NCBI GenBank assembly: GCA_977017575.1
Contig: CDRNVI010000141.1
Span: 1-64,000, forward strand
DNA length: 64,000 bases
Reading direction: 5' to 3'
Source of the DNA: Paramoeba atlantica
Taxonomy: Eukaryota; Protista; Discosea
Shown: positions 36,356-49,326 of the stretch, in pieces
Position numbering within the stretch: the first letter of the stretch is position 1
Layout: each line of letters begins with the position of its first letter
Notes under the pieces: model-generated
Told to the model about the DNA's origin: nothing
Seen by the model: only the letters and a program-made list of their open reading frames with translations
Databases searched by the model: none
Made by a program: the position numbers and the translations under genes

Positions 36356-37100
36356 AAGGATTGCTTCATCCAAGAAAGCTTCACAACAAAAAAAAAACAA
36401 GATGTCACATAAAAACAAAAAGGAAAAAGGAAATGGAAATGGATATAAAAATAAAAAATAATATCGACAAGAGAGTGAGCCAGGCTGAGAAAAAAATAAT
36501 CATAACAACAATAAATAACAACAATAATAAAATAACAAAATAACAACAACAATATTCCAAACAAAGTACACTATTGGGGAGAATCAAACAAAACAACAAC
36601 AGCAACATTCACAACAGACTCTTTGCCAACAAACACTTTCAGGGTGAAATCATTCCAAACAGTTTTAAATAATATATGTGACACAACCAAAAAACCTAGA
36701 ATAAAGAAAGAAACAACAATCCATAAAAATAACCCAAACAGTAATTCTCTCTCAAAGATAAGTTGAGGATCCAAACTTTTAAACAACTCTCCCAACAACA
36801 TCTCAACCAACCAACAAAAGAAAACCAAATAATAATAAAAGCAAACATAACAAAAAAAACCTTTTTTGAAGAAAAAAAAAAATAGGTCACACAAGTTCCA
36901 ACAAACACAAGCAAGAAAAAACAGTCCAAAAAACTCACATCAGTAATTATTCAATCCCTCACCTCACTCTTGTTCCCTTTTGGAGGGGGATATCTTTTTT
37001 TTTGAATTTCATTCAAGAAAACAAAAAAAACTTAACTCTCAGATTCTCCATCAACCCTCTGGCTCTCTGGTAACAAAAAAGAGAAGTAACCCACCAAAGA
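36356..37100 (-). repeat. Inverted paralog of 57880-58730
   Basis: For example TGCTTCATCCAAGAAAGCTTCACAAC (36362) vs the reverse complement near 58700-58724; AACCCTCTGGCTCTCTGGTAAC (37053) vs 57897-57918. Confidence 0.75.
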
Positions 37101-37555
37101 AAAGAAGAAATAAGAAAAAGAAAGCACAAAAAAACAGGAAAAGGAAAAAGAAAAAAAGAAAAAAAGAAAGAAAACAAAAAAAGAAAGAAAAAAAAAGAAA
37201 GAAAAAAAAGAAAGAAAAAGAAAGAAAAAAAAGAAAGAAAAAGAAACCACAACTTGAAGCAACATATTTAACCCAATCATGATCACAGTGACCTATGAAA
37301 GAAGAGAAAAAAAGAGAAAAGAAAAAAGAGAAAGGAAAAGAAACAAAAAGAGAGAAAAAAAAGGGAAGAAAAAAAAGGGAGAAAAGAAGGGAGAAAAAAA
37401 GAGAAGTAAGGAAAAAAGAAAAGAGATGATGGCAAGAACAAAAACAGAAAACTAGAGTGGGGAAGGTGCAACACTCTTTTTTTAGCCACAAAAAAAAGAT
37501 TTTGGGGTTTCACAATTTTTTTTACCCTTTGTTTTTTTTGTTTTTTTTGTTTCTT

Positions 37556-37640
37556 TTCAATCCTTTTTGCATCTCCCAAGTCTTGGTCATGTTTCACAAA
37601 GACACTATCACACTCATCATCAAGACAAAAAAAAACACTC
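37556..37640 (-). pseudogene. PB1-domain gene fragment
   Basis: VFFCLDDECDSVFVKHDQDLGDA, homologous to 56330-56390. Confidence 0.7.
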
Positions 37641-37874
37641 AAACAGAAGGGATTGAAGAAAATTGGAACAAAAAGATGAAGAAAAATGAAAAAATTCAAT
37701 ATGTGGGAATTGAACCCGTCAGGTAAATAGATGGTTCTTGCCCTTCTCCTTACTCTCCTAGGTTCGAAAAAGAAGTCTTTCAATCCTCCTCCAAAGAAGA
37801 GAAGACAAAAATAGAAGACATTATTTGAAAAATAACAAACCAAAGTCACCAGGGTTACCAAAATGAACCTAGGA

Positions 37875-37930
37875 TTTTCATACTCTCTGGGTGCTAATTT
37901 GAAAATTCATACCCAAAGAGTATAAGTTTT
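37875..37930. other. Inverted pair of recombination-site-like motifs
   Basis: TTTTCATAC-TCTCTGG-GTGCTAATT and AATTCATAC-CCAAAGA-GTATAAGTT. Confidence 0.55.
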
Positions 37931-39528
37931 CTTCCTTGAGGTCATTTGAGCATTGCTTGGATCACCACTGATAGGGAAAGAACCAAAATAACACTTCTTC
38001 ATCCATTCAAGAATGAAAGTTCTTTTTATGGTTATCCAATAAGTTGATTGTTTCAACAAAAAAAAAGATCAAAAGAGATGAGTTCTCTGGTCAAAAAAAA
38101 TGAGAAAAAGGAGGCAAAAAGAAAAGATCAGAAGAGTAAGATAAAGGAAATAGGGGAAATAAAATGGAAACAAACAAAAAAAAATCTAATGATAAAGAAA
38201 AAAGAAAAAAGAACCCTAGTAAGCTGATAGTCTCACAGCTTAACCATTTCAGTCAGGTCCCATTTCTCTCAAAGCTCTTCTTTCTCAAAAGACAAAGGAA
38301 TGCCAAATCAAAGGTTCCCAACATTGAACTGGGGTGAGTCATAAAATAATTGAAGAAATAATTGAAATTCTCAAGGGTCCACCAGGTTTAATCCTCTTAT
38401 AACATCAAAGAGAAAAGGGTTGTTTGAACAAATCAAAAGAACTTTTTAACTTGTTTATAACACTCTTTACAATCTTTTCAATTTGTTTTGCCTTTCTTGA
38501 TCTTGAATGTTAATCACAAATAAATTATTAAAAGCCAAGTACAAAGTGGAGACATTATACAAAGAGGAAAGCAATTATCCCTTTTAAAAGAAAAGAAAAG
38601 AAAAAAAGTTAGTTTTTTTGATTAAAAAAAACAAAAAACAAAAAAAAACATCATCATCACAACAAAACACCAAAACCCCTCCCTCCACCACAGGTATTCA
38701 ACAAAACCAAATAACCATAACCCAAATATCCACCCAAGAAACAACCACCTATAAACAACTGCCAACAAATAACAAATAACAAACAACAAAACAACAAACA
38801 ACAATTCCCCCCCCACAAACAATGCACAATACTCCAGGAACAACAAAACACAAAATAAAGAAGCTCCCTTCATTCAAAAGGAAAGTCAATGAATTTTAAA
38901 AAAAACAAAGGGGAAAAAAAGGAGGAAGGAAGGAAGAGGAAAAAGAGAAAGGAGGAAAAGAGAGAGGAAAACAAAAGAGATAAAAAAGAAAAAGGGAAAG
39001 TAAAAAAGGGAGAAAAAGGAGAAAGATAAGAAAGAAACAAGAGGAAGAGAAGGAAAAACCTCTGATTGAAAGCAAATCAAGCAAGGGAAAAAAGAACCTT
39101 GGATGTGTGGTCTCAAGTCTCTCAGCAAGAATTGTATCATAAGAAGAAAAAGAGTTGTTTGAACAAATCAAAAAACTTTTAATTTGTTCATAAAACTCAA
39201 AAATTGTTACCTAACTAACAGAAAAAGAAAAAAAAAAAAAGAAAATGAAAAGAAAGAAAAAGAAAAGAGAAAAAAAAAGAAAAAAGAAAGAGGAAAAGGA
39301 GAAAAAAGAAAGAAAAAGAAAAAGAGAAAAAGAAAAGAGGGAGAAAAAAAAGGAGAAAAAAAAGGAGAAAAAAAAAGAAAAAAGAAAAAAGAAAAGAAAA
39401 AGAAAAAGAAAAAAAGAAAAAGAGAAAGAGAAAAAGAAAAGAAGAAAAGAAAAAAAAGAAAAAGAACCAACAAAAAGATAGAGACTTTTGTGGTGTGTGC
39501 CAGGGGAGGGGGGGAGGTTGTGTGTTAC

Positions 39529-39925
39529 TCTCAAGAACATCAATATGATCTGCCAGTTTCTCATCACACTCTTCCTGAGCATTTCAATCTTCTTCTCTCT
39601 CTTCTTCTGTTGTTCCTTTGAGGCTTTTCTTGGAGTTCTCAGAAACTGAATCAACATCATCAGTATTCTTCTCATCACCCACTTTCTCTTCATCATCATC
39701 CACTCGATTTTCGATCTCCTGATGACTCTTCACTGCTGTCACCATCTTGTTTGCTCTTTTTTGGGAGGAGAAATAAAGCATCTTCTCCAAGTCTTGGTCA
39801 TGTTTCACAAAGACAACACATCACACTCATCATTGAGATAGAACACTTGAGAACTACAGTCAAAAGTTCCATACACATCCTGGATGTTCCTTCAGAGGCT
39901 TTGAAAATCTTTGAGCTTGAACAAA
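39529..39925 (-). pseudogene. PB1/coiled-coil gene copy, frameshifted
   Basis: Colinear with 56250-56630 (FYLNDECD..VKHDQDLE..QEIENRVDDDEEKVGDE). Confidence 0.8.
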
Positions 39926-40597
39926 ACAATCCCACAAACAAACAAAAAACAAAATCACTGAAAAGACACCACCACAAAAAACAAAACTTAGATTGGAAAA
40001 AAAGAAGGGTGGTTTTGGGGAGGGGTGGTTCAATTCCCACAAAATTTTCCTTTTTTTTTTGACTTTTTTTTTGTTCAGTGAAAGCATTGATTGGGGTTTG
40101 GTTTGGGCGGGTTTGGTTTTTTTTTCGAAGTGAGGGGTTGGTTGTGGAGAGTTGTCTTCGAAAAATGAGAAACACTCAATGCAAGATGAATCTCCTTTCT
40201 GTGTCTCAAATATGTGTAAAACTTGGGATGCACATCTTGTTGTTCTGGATTCTGAGCAAATTCGTGTGTGATGAAAAAGAAGAGGATCAAGTTGAGTGAT
40301 TCTCAGGCGGCAATTTTGAGTGATCCTCAATGCAATTGGATTATTATTATTTGGCTTTGCCCCAACACACCAATAGACACTTCACTGAACTGAGCCAACT
40401 TTTTCCAAAAAACACAGGTTTCTTCGTCCCCCTCCTTGACTTGACCCAACACACACACACACACACAAAAAAACTCAAAACAAAACACAAAAAACACAAA
40501 AAACAAAAACCAATCAAAAACAATCAAAAACAACCAAACCAAAACAAAACAAAGTAATCCCTTCTTGTGTGATTGATCGATAAATACAACTACTACT

Positions 40598-41112
40598 ATG
40601 GCTTCTGTGGTTCAATTTTCTGATGAATGTATCCTCTCTATTGCTCGGTCTGTCAAATCTGGGAAGTCAAAAGGGGTGTATCTTCTTGATCAACGACATG
40701 GAAAATGTCGAACTGAATTATTATGATTTATCAAAAAGTGGGGATGTGGTGGATGGATGAACAGAAAATGGACTGAATTCACAACTCATCTCCTAAGAGA
40801 CAAATGTGCATATGAATTGACTCACATCAAAAATACATCTCTCCTTCTGATCACACGTGAAAGGAGTAAATTAGTATTTGTGATGTGGGCACCATACAAG
40901 AGCTAAAATCAAAAGAAAAGATGGTTGTTTTTTTTACTACAAATGGAATTGTTGGAAAGATTGGAGAAGGTGGAATTTCTTGTTAACTTCAGGGTGGTTC
41001 AGTTGCATCTGTTGATTATGATGAAAGTTTTGGAACATGCATTGGCACAATCTACAATGAAGTGAGAAAAAAGAAAGAGGAAATAACCCCTAATAAAAAT
41101 TTAGTTCACTAA
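40598..41112 (+). pseudogene. ADF/cofilin-family pseudogene, intronless
   Basis: MASVVQFSDECI...WTEFTTHLLRDKCAY...RSKLVFVMWAP...GISC*LQGGSVASVDYDE follows the cofilin motifs; several stops and one frameshift. Confidence 0.75.
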
Positions 41113-41192
41113 AAGTGTGCAAAAAGTTGCTGTTTTTTTAGTTTTTCTTTGTTGTTTGCCTCACATTTCATTGGTATTTTTTTGTTGGTATT

Positions 41193-41248
41193 TTATCATT
41201 CTCTCTGGGTACTAATTTGAAAATTTGTACCCAGAGAATATGAATTTT
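41193..41248. other. Inverted pair of recombination-site-like motifs
   Basis: TATCATTC-TCTCTGG-GTACTAATT and AATTTGTAC-CCAGAGA-ATATGAATT; 10-bp perfect stem CTCTGGGTAC/GTACCCAGAG. Confidence 0.55.
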
Positions 41249-41608
41249 ACTCAAACTAAGAAACCAAATTAGACCATTGATGTCTCCTTCAAAAAGAAAA
41301 AAGAGAATGTTTTTTTGGTACTGGGATTGGGATGCTTTCAACTGGGTATGACATACTTTCCTTTCCTTTTTTCTTTTTTAAGAAGTGAAAAAAATGGGAA
41401 GAAATCAACAAAGAAGAAAACCACAAAATCAAAACCAATTGAGACTCTTTAAGGCAAACCTCCAGAATTCCAGCAAAAAGGGAAAACCAAAAGAAATCAT
41501 GGTTCCACTTGCATTTTTGTTTTTTGGGGAGGGAAAGTGTTTTTTTCAGGGTCTGTTGTAAAAATGACAAAGCATTAACCCAATAATGGCAATACATAAA
41601 TAAATTAA

Positions 41609-41997
41609 AAGAATTTTTTAAAAGTGGACACTTATTTTCCAGGGCCCCTTTGAATGATCCCTCTCTTTGGTTAGTTTTTCGAAGAATGAAGTCTCAAAAA
41701 CATTTTTTTTTGAAGGATTATGTTTCAAAACCATTTTTTTTCGAAGAATCATGTTTCGAAAGGTGATTCTTGGAAAAAAATGATTTTGAAACATGATTCT
41801 TCGAAAAAAAATGGTTTCGAAACATAATTCTTCGAAAAAAAATGTTTTCAAGACTTGATTCTTTGAAAAAAAATTTTCAAGACTTGATTTTTCAAAAAAA
41901 AATGATTTCAAAACTTCATTCTTCGAAAAACTAACCAAAGAGAGGGACCATTCAAAGGGGCCCTGGAAAATAAGCGTCCACTTTAAAAAAAATTCTT
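41609..41997. mobile_element. Foldback-type non-autonomous DNA element
   Basis: About 85-bp near-perfect TIRs (AAGTGGACACTTATTTTCCAGGGCCCCTTTGAATG...), with internal ~23-bp TTCGAA-containing subrepeats mirrored about the centre. No TSD recognised. Confidence 0.8.
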
Positions 41998-41998
41998 G

Positions 41999-42256
41999 CA
42001 CTACAGGGAAAACGCCCCAAAGATGTTTCAAATATGGCATTGACAGCCCCTATTCTTTGGACAATTTATTTGATTTGGGAGGAAAACCCGTTTTCCTCCA
42101 TTTTTGAAAGAAAAATCCAGTTCAGTTTGAAAAAATTCAAATGGAAAGAAGAGAGCAAAATCACAGGTTTCAGAAATTAAATAAATTGTCCAAAGAATAG
42201 GGGCTGTCGACACCAAGGGCTATTTGAAACATCTTTGGGGCGTTTTCCCCGTAGTG
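41999..42256. mobile_element. CACTA (En/Spm)-type MITE, 258 bp
   Basis: TIR CACTAC(A/G)GGGAAAACGCCCCAAAGATGTTTCAAATA, imperfectly extending to ~70 bp; resembles the En/Spm end CACTACAAGAAAA. TSD not evident. Confidence 0.8.
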
Positions 42257-44146
42257 TATATTGCATGATGAAAAAAAGAGAAAAAAGGGAATGAAAGAAA
42301 AAACAAAAAACAAAAACAAGAGAAAAAGAGAGAGAAAGAGAAAAAGAAGGGGAAAAGAGAAAAAAACATGATACTAAAATATCAAAGAAATAAAGGGAAA
42401 AGAAAAAAGAAAAAGAAAACCAACCTCTATTAACACTTTTCTTTCTGGCAAACAAACTCTAGTTTCTAGGATACCACCATATTCTTGGGTTCTCTTTTGG
42501 GTTGTCTTGTCTGGATTGGCTTGAATTGTCCTGAACAACCAACCAACAACCCAACAACCGACTGACAACCAACAACAAGCTCTCAAAAAACACTTCTCTT
42601 GGCTCTTTTGAAACAATCAATAACATCCAGCAATAACAATAGCAACAACAATCAAAACAATCACATTTATACCAAAATAAAACCTGAACACTACACAGTG
42701 AAGAAACGAAACACCAAAAGTTTACAACTCAAAACTCTAAGAAGAAGGTTTGTAAGTGAAGAAGAAAACAAAATAAAAACAAAATACAAAAACACAAAAA
42801 CAAACAATTAAACTACTTGACAAAAACACCAAAACAACAAAATAACAAAATAAAGAGGGGAAAAAAAGAAACCTGTGGTGATGTAACAAGAGTGGCAAAC
42901 TCCCTCTCCTTGTGAATTGTTGGGTGGGAATAGACTCCACTTCTGAGTTCAAGCAAAATTCACGGTACCTCTTAATATATTAATTAATTCATCATCGCCA
43001 AGAAGAAGGAGGTTAAAAGAAGTCAAAAAATAGCCATATTCTCCAAATTTCTTGCCAAACTTAACCCCCTTCTTTCTCTTCTTTCCACAATGGAGTGGAG
43101 CACGAAACAAAACAGAGGTCTCTGAACATGCAGCCAGATTATTTTAATATCTCATCAGGGACCATCTCGAGAGGTTAGAGAAAGAAAAGAAAAAAAAATT
43201 AGTATTCACAATTTTTGAAGAACACCATCAAAAGGGAGAAAAAGAAAAAGAAGAAAAAGAAAAGTAGAAAGAAAAGAATAAAAGAATAAAAAAGAGTAAA
43301 GAGAAAAAAAGAAATCTTGAATGGTCTTTTCCACATTTCCCCTGAAAAGAGTTTATCAATAGAAAGAAAAAAAGAAAAGGAAAAAGAAAGAGGGAAAGAG
43401 GGAAAGAGAAAAGAAAACCCACTCAAAAAACAACAAAAATGAAACAAGGGGAAAAGAAAAAAAAAAAAACACAGCAAACACAATGATAAATTGGCCACAA
43501 AAGAAAAGAATGTTAACATTGTGTGCGCAAAACCACCATCAAAAAAAGTTCTTCTTTTTTCTCATGTTCAATGAAAAAAGCAACACACAACAAGATTCAC
43601 CAATATCTCTCACCAATGTAATAGTGATCCATCAACAAAGATTCTTTTGTTCTGGATCAAAGAGCATAACCAAAGGTCAAAAACAACTCTCGATTTAGTC
43701 TCTCACCACAATCTAAAAAAGAAAGAAAAGAAATAAGAAAAGAAAAGAAAGAAAGTAAGAAGAAGAAAATTAGAGAAATATAAGAAAAAAACAAACACCC
43801 CACGATTTTTGAAGATTTTGCTGAATTCTTTGTACCCCACACAAAAGAGAGAGAGAGAGAGAGTTGGCGATTTTGTTTTTTGAACAAAAGGTCCCTGAAG
43901 AACATTTCTTCTTTTTTGGAGAGAAAAAAAAAAAAGAGAGAAAAAAAAAGGACTGAGAGAAGAAAGAGGAACCAAAAAACAGCGGCCAAATGACAAACCC
44001 CTATTTCAGGTCCAAAAACCTCTATCTTCTTTTTTTCTCCTGTCTTTTCCTCTTTTCTTTTCCCTCTTTTCCCTCTTTTCCCTCTTTTCCCTCTTTTTCT
44101 TTCTTCTTTTTTTTGTCCCTGAGTACATTTTCTTCTTTTTTGGATG

Positions 44147-45024
44147 TTTTTTTTTTAAGGTTCAGACACCAGGTGCCATTTATTAGAGTTAAAAAAACCA
44201 TCTCTAGGATGGAAAAGAGGGGGGAAGAAAGGGGGGAGGGAGGGAAGATAAATTAAGAGTTAGATCCAAAGATCTCTTCAGCATGGGATGCATTGGAGTT
44301 TCTTTACCAACTTTAGTTCTCATTAAGGGGTCTGCGTTTGATTGTTCGCCTTCTAAAACCAGGGAGTGAATTCGGTTTGGAGGTTTCTATGAAGTTAATT
44401 ACATTCCTTCAAAAATCTTCCTCAATAAAGCTCCTCACCAAATTGCTCTCTTGGGACTGATGGAACCATCCTTGGATATCTTTAGTAATTATTACAGGGA
44501 GAATTAGAGCATTCTCAAGAGCAGTTTGGGTCGGAAACAAAACATGGGGGGTTGTCACCATGTTTCCTTGGAATTTCCTTACAAAATTCCCTGGAGGGAT
44601 GGGGAAAGTCCAGTCACAGGTGAGGGGGGAATTGATCCAGTTCCACAGGGTTGAATTCAAAATAATCCACTCTTCACTGGTTTCTGCAACATGTTGTGAT
44701 CTTGGATCCCAATGATGGTCATTCACAGCACATGTTCCATCCTCTTTAGACCAACTTGCAGCAGTTGCAATTGCATCAGCTCACTTGTTAAGATCTCAGG
44801 GTACATGGATGAATTCTATCTCATCAAAGCACATTGCTAACTTACAGATTTCACAAAGTAGTTCATTCAAGGCATAGTTTTTGATGGCATGGGTTTTGGG
44901 TGCAGCCTTGGTGAGAATCATACAATCCCCGACAACTTCAATCTCATTTGTCATTGATCTGGCATATTGCATTCCTTTCAGACAGCCTGTAAATTCACCA
45001 ATATTGTTGGACCCAAGAGGGATG
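44147..45024 (-). mobile_element. LINE B 5'-truncated copy (end of RNase H plus 3' UTR)
   Basis: Colinear with 10594-11470; T tail; 13-bp TSD TCTTTTTTGGATG at 44134-44146 and 45025-45037. Confidence 0.93.
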
Positions 45025-45719
45025 TCTTTTTTGGATGTTCCAAATTTTTGGATCCAGCGTCTTTTCTCTCTTTTTTTTTTTTCTCTCTCTGTTTTTTCGC
45101 TACTTTCCCCCCTTCTCTCTTTCTCTCTTTCTCTCTTTCTCTCTTTCTCTCTTTCTCTCTTTCTCTTTTTTACTTTTCCCTTCCTTTCCTTTCCTTTCCT
45201 TTCCTTTCTGTGGGGTGGTCGGTTTCCTTTTCTTTTCTTTTCTTTTCTCTTTTTTTTTTCTCTTTTTTTTTTCTCTTTTTTTTTTCTCTTTTCTTTTTCT
45301 TTTTCTTTTTCTTTTTCTTTAATCTTTTTTTTTAATTCTTTCTTTTTTAAAAAGAAAAAACCTTTGAAATAATACTTTTTTTCTTTTATTCCCTTTCCTT
45401 TTTCTCTCTTTCTTTTCTCTTTCCTTTTCTTCTTCTTCTCTCTTTCTCATTCTCTCATTCCTCATTTTCTCCTTCTCTTCTCTCTCTTTCTCTCTTCTCT
45501 CTCTTTCTCTCCTCTCCTCTTTCTCTCTCTCTTTCTCTTTCTCTTTCTCTTCTGCTTTCTCTTCCACTTTCTCTTCCACTTTCTCTTCCACTTTCTCTTC
45601 CACTTTCTCTTCCACTTTCTCTTTCTCTCTCTCTCTTCTCTCTTCTCTCTCTTCTCTCTCTTCTCTCTTCTCTCTTCTCTCTTCTCTCTTCTCTCTTTCT
45701 CTTCTATTTGTTAAAAAAG

Positions 45720-46179
45720 GCTTTTGGTGGACAACTATCTCAGTGGGACAATCCCAACCAAAATTGGAGTTCTTTCTTCTCTTTATTTGTTTCTTTTTCT
45801 TTTTTTTCTTTTTTTTCTTTTTTTTCTTTTTTCTTTTTTCTTTTTCTTTTTCTTTTTCTTTTTCTTTTTCTTTTTCTTTTTCTTTTTCTTTTTCTTTTTC
45901 TTTCTTTTCTCTTTTCTCTTTTTTCTTTTCTTTTAACTTTTAACTTTTTCTTTCTTCTTTCTCTCCCCTTTTCTCTCTCTTCCCTCTTTTTCTCTCTCCC
46001 TCCCTTCCTTTTCTCTCTCTCTCCCCTTTTCTCTCCCTCTCTCCCTCTCTCTCTTCTCTCTCTTCTCTTTTTAGAGATCTTTCTGACAATACTTTGAGAG
46101 GGACTGTTCCATCAAAAATTGAAAATCTTCATCATGTCCAAATCATGTTTTTTTATTTTTTATTTTTTATTTTTTATTT

Positions 46180-46216
<37 letters not shown>

Positions 46217-47623
46217 ATTTTTTATTTTTTATTTTTTATTTTTTATTTTTTATTTTTTATTTTTTATTTTTTATTTTTATTTTTATTTTTATTTATTTTT
46301 ATTTTTATTTTTATTTTTCTTTTTATTTTATTTTTTTTCTTTCTTTTATTATTCTTTTAATAATTTTATCATTTTCTCTCTTTTCTTTCTTTTTCTTTCC
46401 TTTCTTTTCCTTTCCTTTCTTTTTCTCTTCTCTTCTCTTCTCTTCTTCTCTTCTCTTCTTCTCTTTTCTTTTCTTTTCTTCTCTTCTCTTTTCTTTTCTT
46501 TTTTCTCTTTTCTTTTCTTTTCTTCTCTTCTCTTCTCTTTTCTTTCTTTCTTTTCCAAAAGGTTTTTAGGAGTCAATTGACTGAAAGGAGAAAAAATCTT
46601 GGACAAAATTTCAAAACTTCATTCTTTAACTGATTTGTAATTTTTTCTTTTTCTTTTTTTTTCTTTTTTTTTTCTTTTTCTTTTTTTCTTTTTCTTTTTT
46701 TCTTTTTCTTTTTTTCTTTTTTTCTTTTTTTCTTTTTATCTTTTTTCTTTTTTCTTTTTTCTTTTTCTTTCTTTTTTTTCTTTCTTTTTTCTTTTTTCTT
46801 TTTTCTTTTTTCTTTATTTCTTTCTTTCTTTTTTTCTTTCTTTCTTTCCCATTTTTCTTTCATTTTCTTTCTTTCTTTCATTTCTTTTCATTTCTTTCAT
46901 TTTTATTGAAATTATTTTTGATTTTATCAGATCACTGGGAGGGAATTTCTTTTCAGGGACAATGCCTGTTGAATTTGCACAACTCTTTGATCTCCTTCAA
47001 ATGTTTTTCTTTTCTTTTTCTTTTTTTTTTTTCTTTCTTTCTTTCTTTCTTTCTTTCTTTTTTTTTCTTTTTTTTCTTCAGATTATTTTTTGAATAAATT
47101 ATTCTGTTCTGATGATTTTTTTCTTTTCTTTCTTTCTCTCACTTTTCTCTCTCACTTTTTTCTCTCTTTCTTTTTCTTTTCTCTCTCTCTCTCTCTCTCT
47201 CTCCTCTCTCCTCTCTCCCTCTCCTTTTCATAATATTATTAGACATCGTTTCTAATAACTTCACAGGGTCTTTGCCTACTGAATTTGGACAACTTTCATT
47301 TGACTTGGATATTTTTTTATTTTTATTTATTTTTATTTATTTTATTTATTTTATTTATTTTATTTATTTTATTTATTTTATTTATTTTATTTATTTTATT
47401 ATTTTTTTATTATTTTTATTATTTTTATTATTTTATTATTTTTATTCTTTTTTTATTCTTTTTTTATTCTTTTTTTATTCTTTTTCTTTTTCTTTTTTTC
47501 CTTTTTAACTCTTATTTCTTTTCTTTTCCTCTTCTTTCTTTCTCTTTGTAGGTATTTCAGTAAGAATTCATTCACAAGACCACTTCCAACCGAAATAGGA
47601 CAACTTACAAATCTTGTTCAAAT
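45720..47623 (+). pseudogene. Leucine-rich-repeat gene fragment (plant-specific-type LxxNxLSGxIP repeats), one exon per repeat
   Basis: AG/GT-bounded exons 45720-45788, 46075-46146, 46562-46636 (contains TGA), 46931-47002 and 47552-47623, all phase 2. A degenerate exon lies at ~47243-47312. Confidence 0.85.
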
Positions 47624-48087
47624 GTATTTTTTTCTTTTTTTCTTTTTTTCTTTTTTTTTTTTTTTCTTTTTTTTTTTCCTTTTTCCTTTTTCCATTTTCT
47701 TTTTCTTTTTCTTTTTCGTTCTCTTTTTCTTTCCACCAATCCAAGATCAAAAACCTTTATTTTGTTGGGTGTTTTGTGGTGATGTGTTTTTTTCTTTTCT
47801 TTGTTTTCTTTGTTTTTCTTTATTTTTCTTTGTTTTTCTTTGTTTTTTTTTGAATTGGAAAACTAATTTTTCTTTCTTTTCTTTTTTCTTTTTCTGTTAG
47901 ATGATAATATAATCAAAAATCAAGAAAAACAGAACAATTGAAGGGATTTTTGTGGTGATGTTTTGGAGTTTTATGAACAAATTAAAGAGTTCTTTTGATT
48001 TGTTCAAACAACTCTTTTTTCTTCTTTGATATTTTTAAGCTATTTGACCCCTCAAGACTGAATGTCCCAGAAGATGATCCAATTCTC

Positions 48088-48122
<35 letters not shown>

Positions 48123-48319
48123 TCGGGGAGTTAGGGAATCAAGGAGACTTGAGATCCCACCAAACAAGGTTCTTTTTTTTATTCTTTTTTTTCTTCTTTT
48201 TTCTTTGTTTTTTTCTTTTTTTTTTCCTTTGTTTTTCTCCTTTTCCTTTGTTTTTTCTTTTTTCCTCTTTTCTTTCTTTTTCCTTTTCTCTTTTTTTTCT
48301 TTGTTCCTTTTCTCTTGTT

Positions 48320-48586
48320 TAATCTCCATTTCCCTCTTTCTTTCTTTGATACAATAAAGGCTGGAGATACCACTGTTGGTGAAGTCTCCTCTTCCACTGT
48401 GAATCCTAACTCCTCCTGTTTCTTTACATACTTCTTGAGTACTTTCTCCAGCCTCCTTCTCACATCATTATCCCCTTGATTATCCTTGGTTTTGGTCTCT
48501 TCCCCTTTTGAAGTAGAGTTTCTTGAGCCAACTCCAAACTTCCTTTGTTCTCTTCTTCCTCTGAACTTATTGGGCCAATTCAACAT
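48320..48586 (-). pseudogene. N-terminal RT fragment of a DIRS/LTR-type element
   Basis: LKKYVKKQEELGF..VVSPAFIVSKKERGKWRL matches the SPxFxVxKKxGKWRL RT start; truncated by low-complexity sequence. Confidence 0.6.
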
Positions 48587-49326
48587 TCAAATAGGTTGTT
48601 GGCTGCTTCATGAACTGTCCAAAAAGTGGCTTGACAAAAGGTCTCAAATCCAGACCCTCAGCATCCCCCCGAGGATCTCGGTGACCCCCCTCATCAGGAG
48701 TGAGCAACATTGTCAATTCATGGAAATTTTCGGCCTTCTGGCCAGCTGAGCTGATTGGCATTACAAATTTCTCTGGTCTGCTCTTGGGTTCATATTTCTT
48801 TGTCACTTTCTTTGGAATCTCCTTGAACCTCATTCAATGACATCCACCTCACCTCTGAGATCCTTGAATTTCCTAAAGTTGGTGTTAGAGAATTGTTTTC
48901 TTCTGTTCTGTTGATAGGATCAAAGATTTCTCCTAAATCAAATTTCACTTTCTCATCCTTTCCATTCTCATATGTGTCTCTCTTCTATTTCCTTCTCAAG
49001 TCCGGCTGTGCTTACACGAATTTGACCATGGCGAGACATGATGAGGCATGAGAGTGCTTTTTATGTGCGGAAAGTGCTCAGTCTTTCGATGCAAGGATAT
49101 CTTTTGAGATATTGCATTCCTTCTAATGATGTGTGCACTTTTTGTCCATTTTGCCCCCTCATCCACTTCTTGTCTTGCCTCTTTGCTTTCTTCTCCTCTG
49201 GTTTAAAGATATGTCAGATCATGCAAGATGAATTTGTGGATGCAGGATCGGAAATTCAGATGGCCAAACTGAAGTGATTGATTATCTTTGCGACAATACC
49301 AAATGTACCTCTCTGATCTATTACAG

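Noticed and set aside
42960-43180. F-box-like MVPDEILK on the minus strand
   Set aside because: Too short, needs a frameshift, and has no supporting downstream domain.
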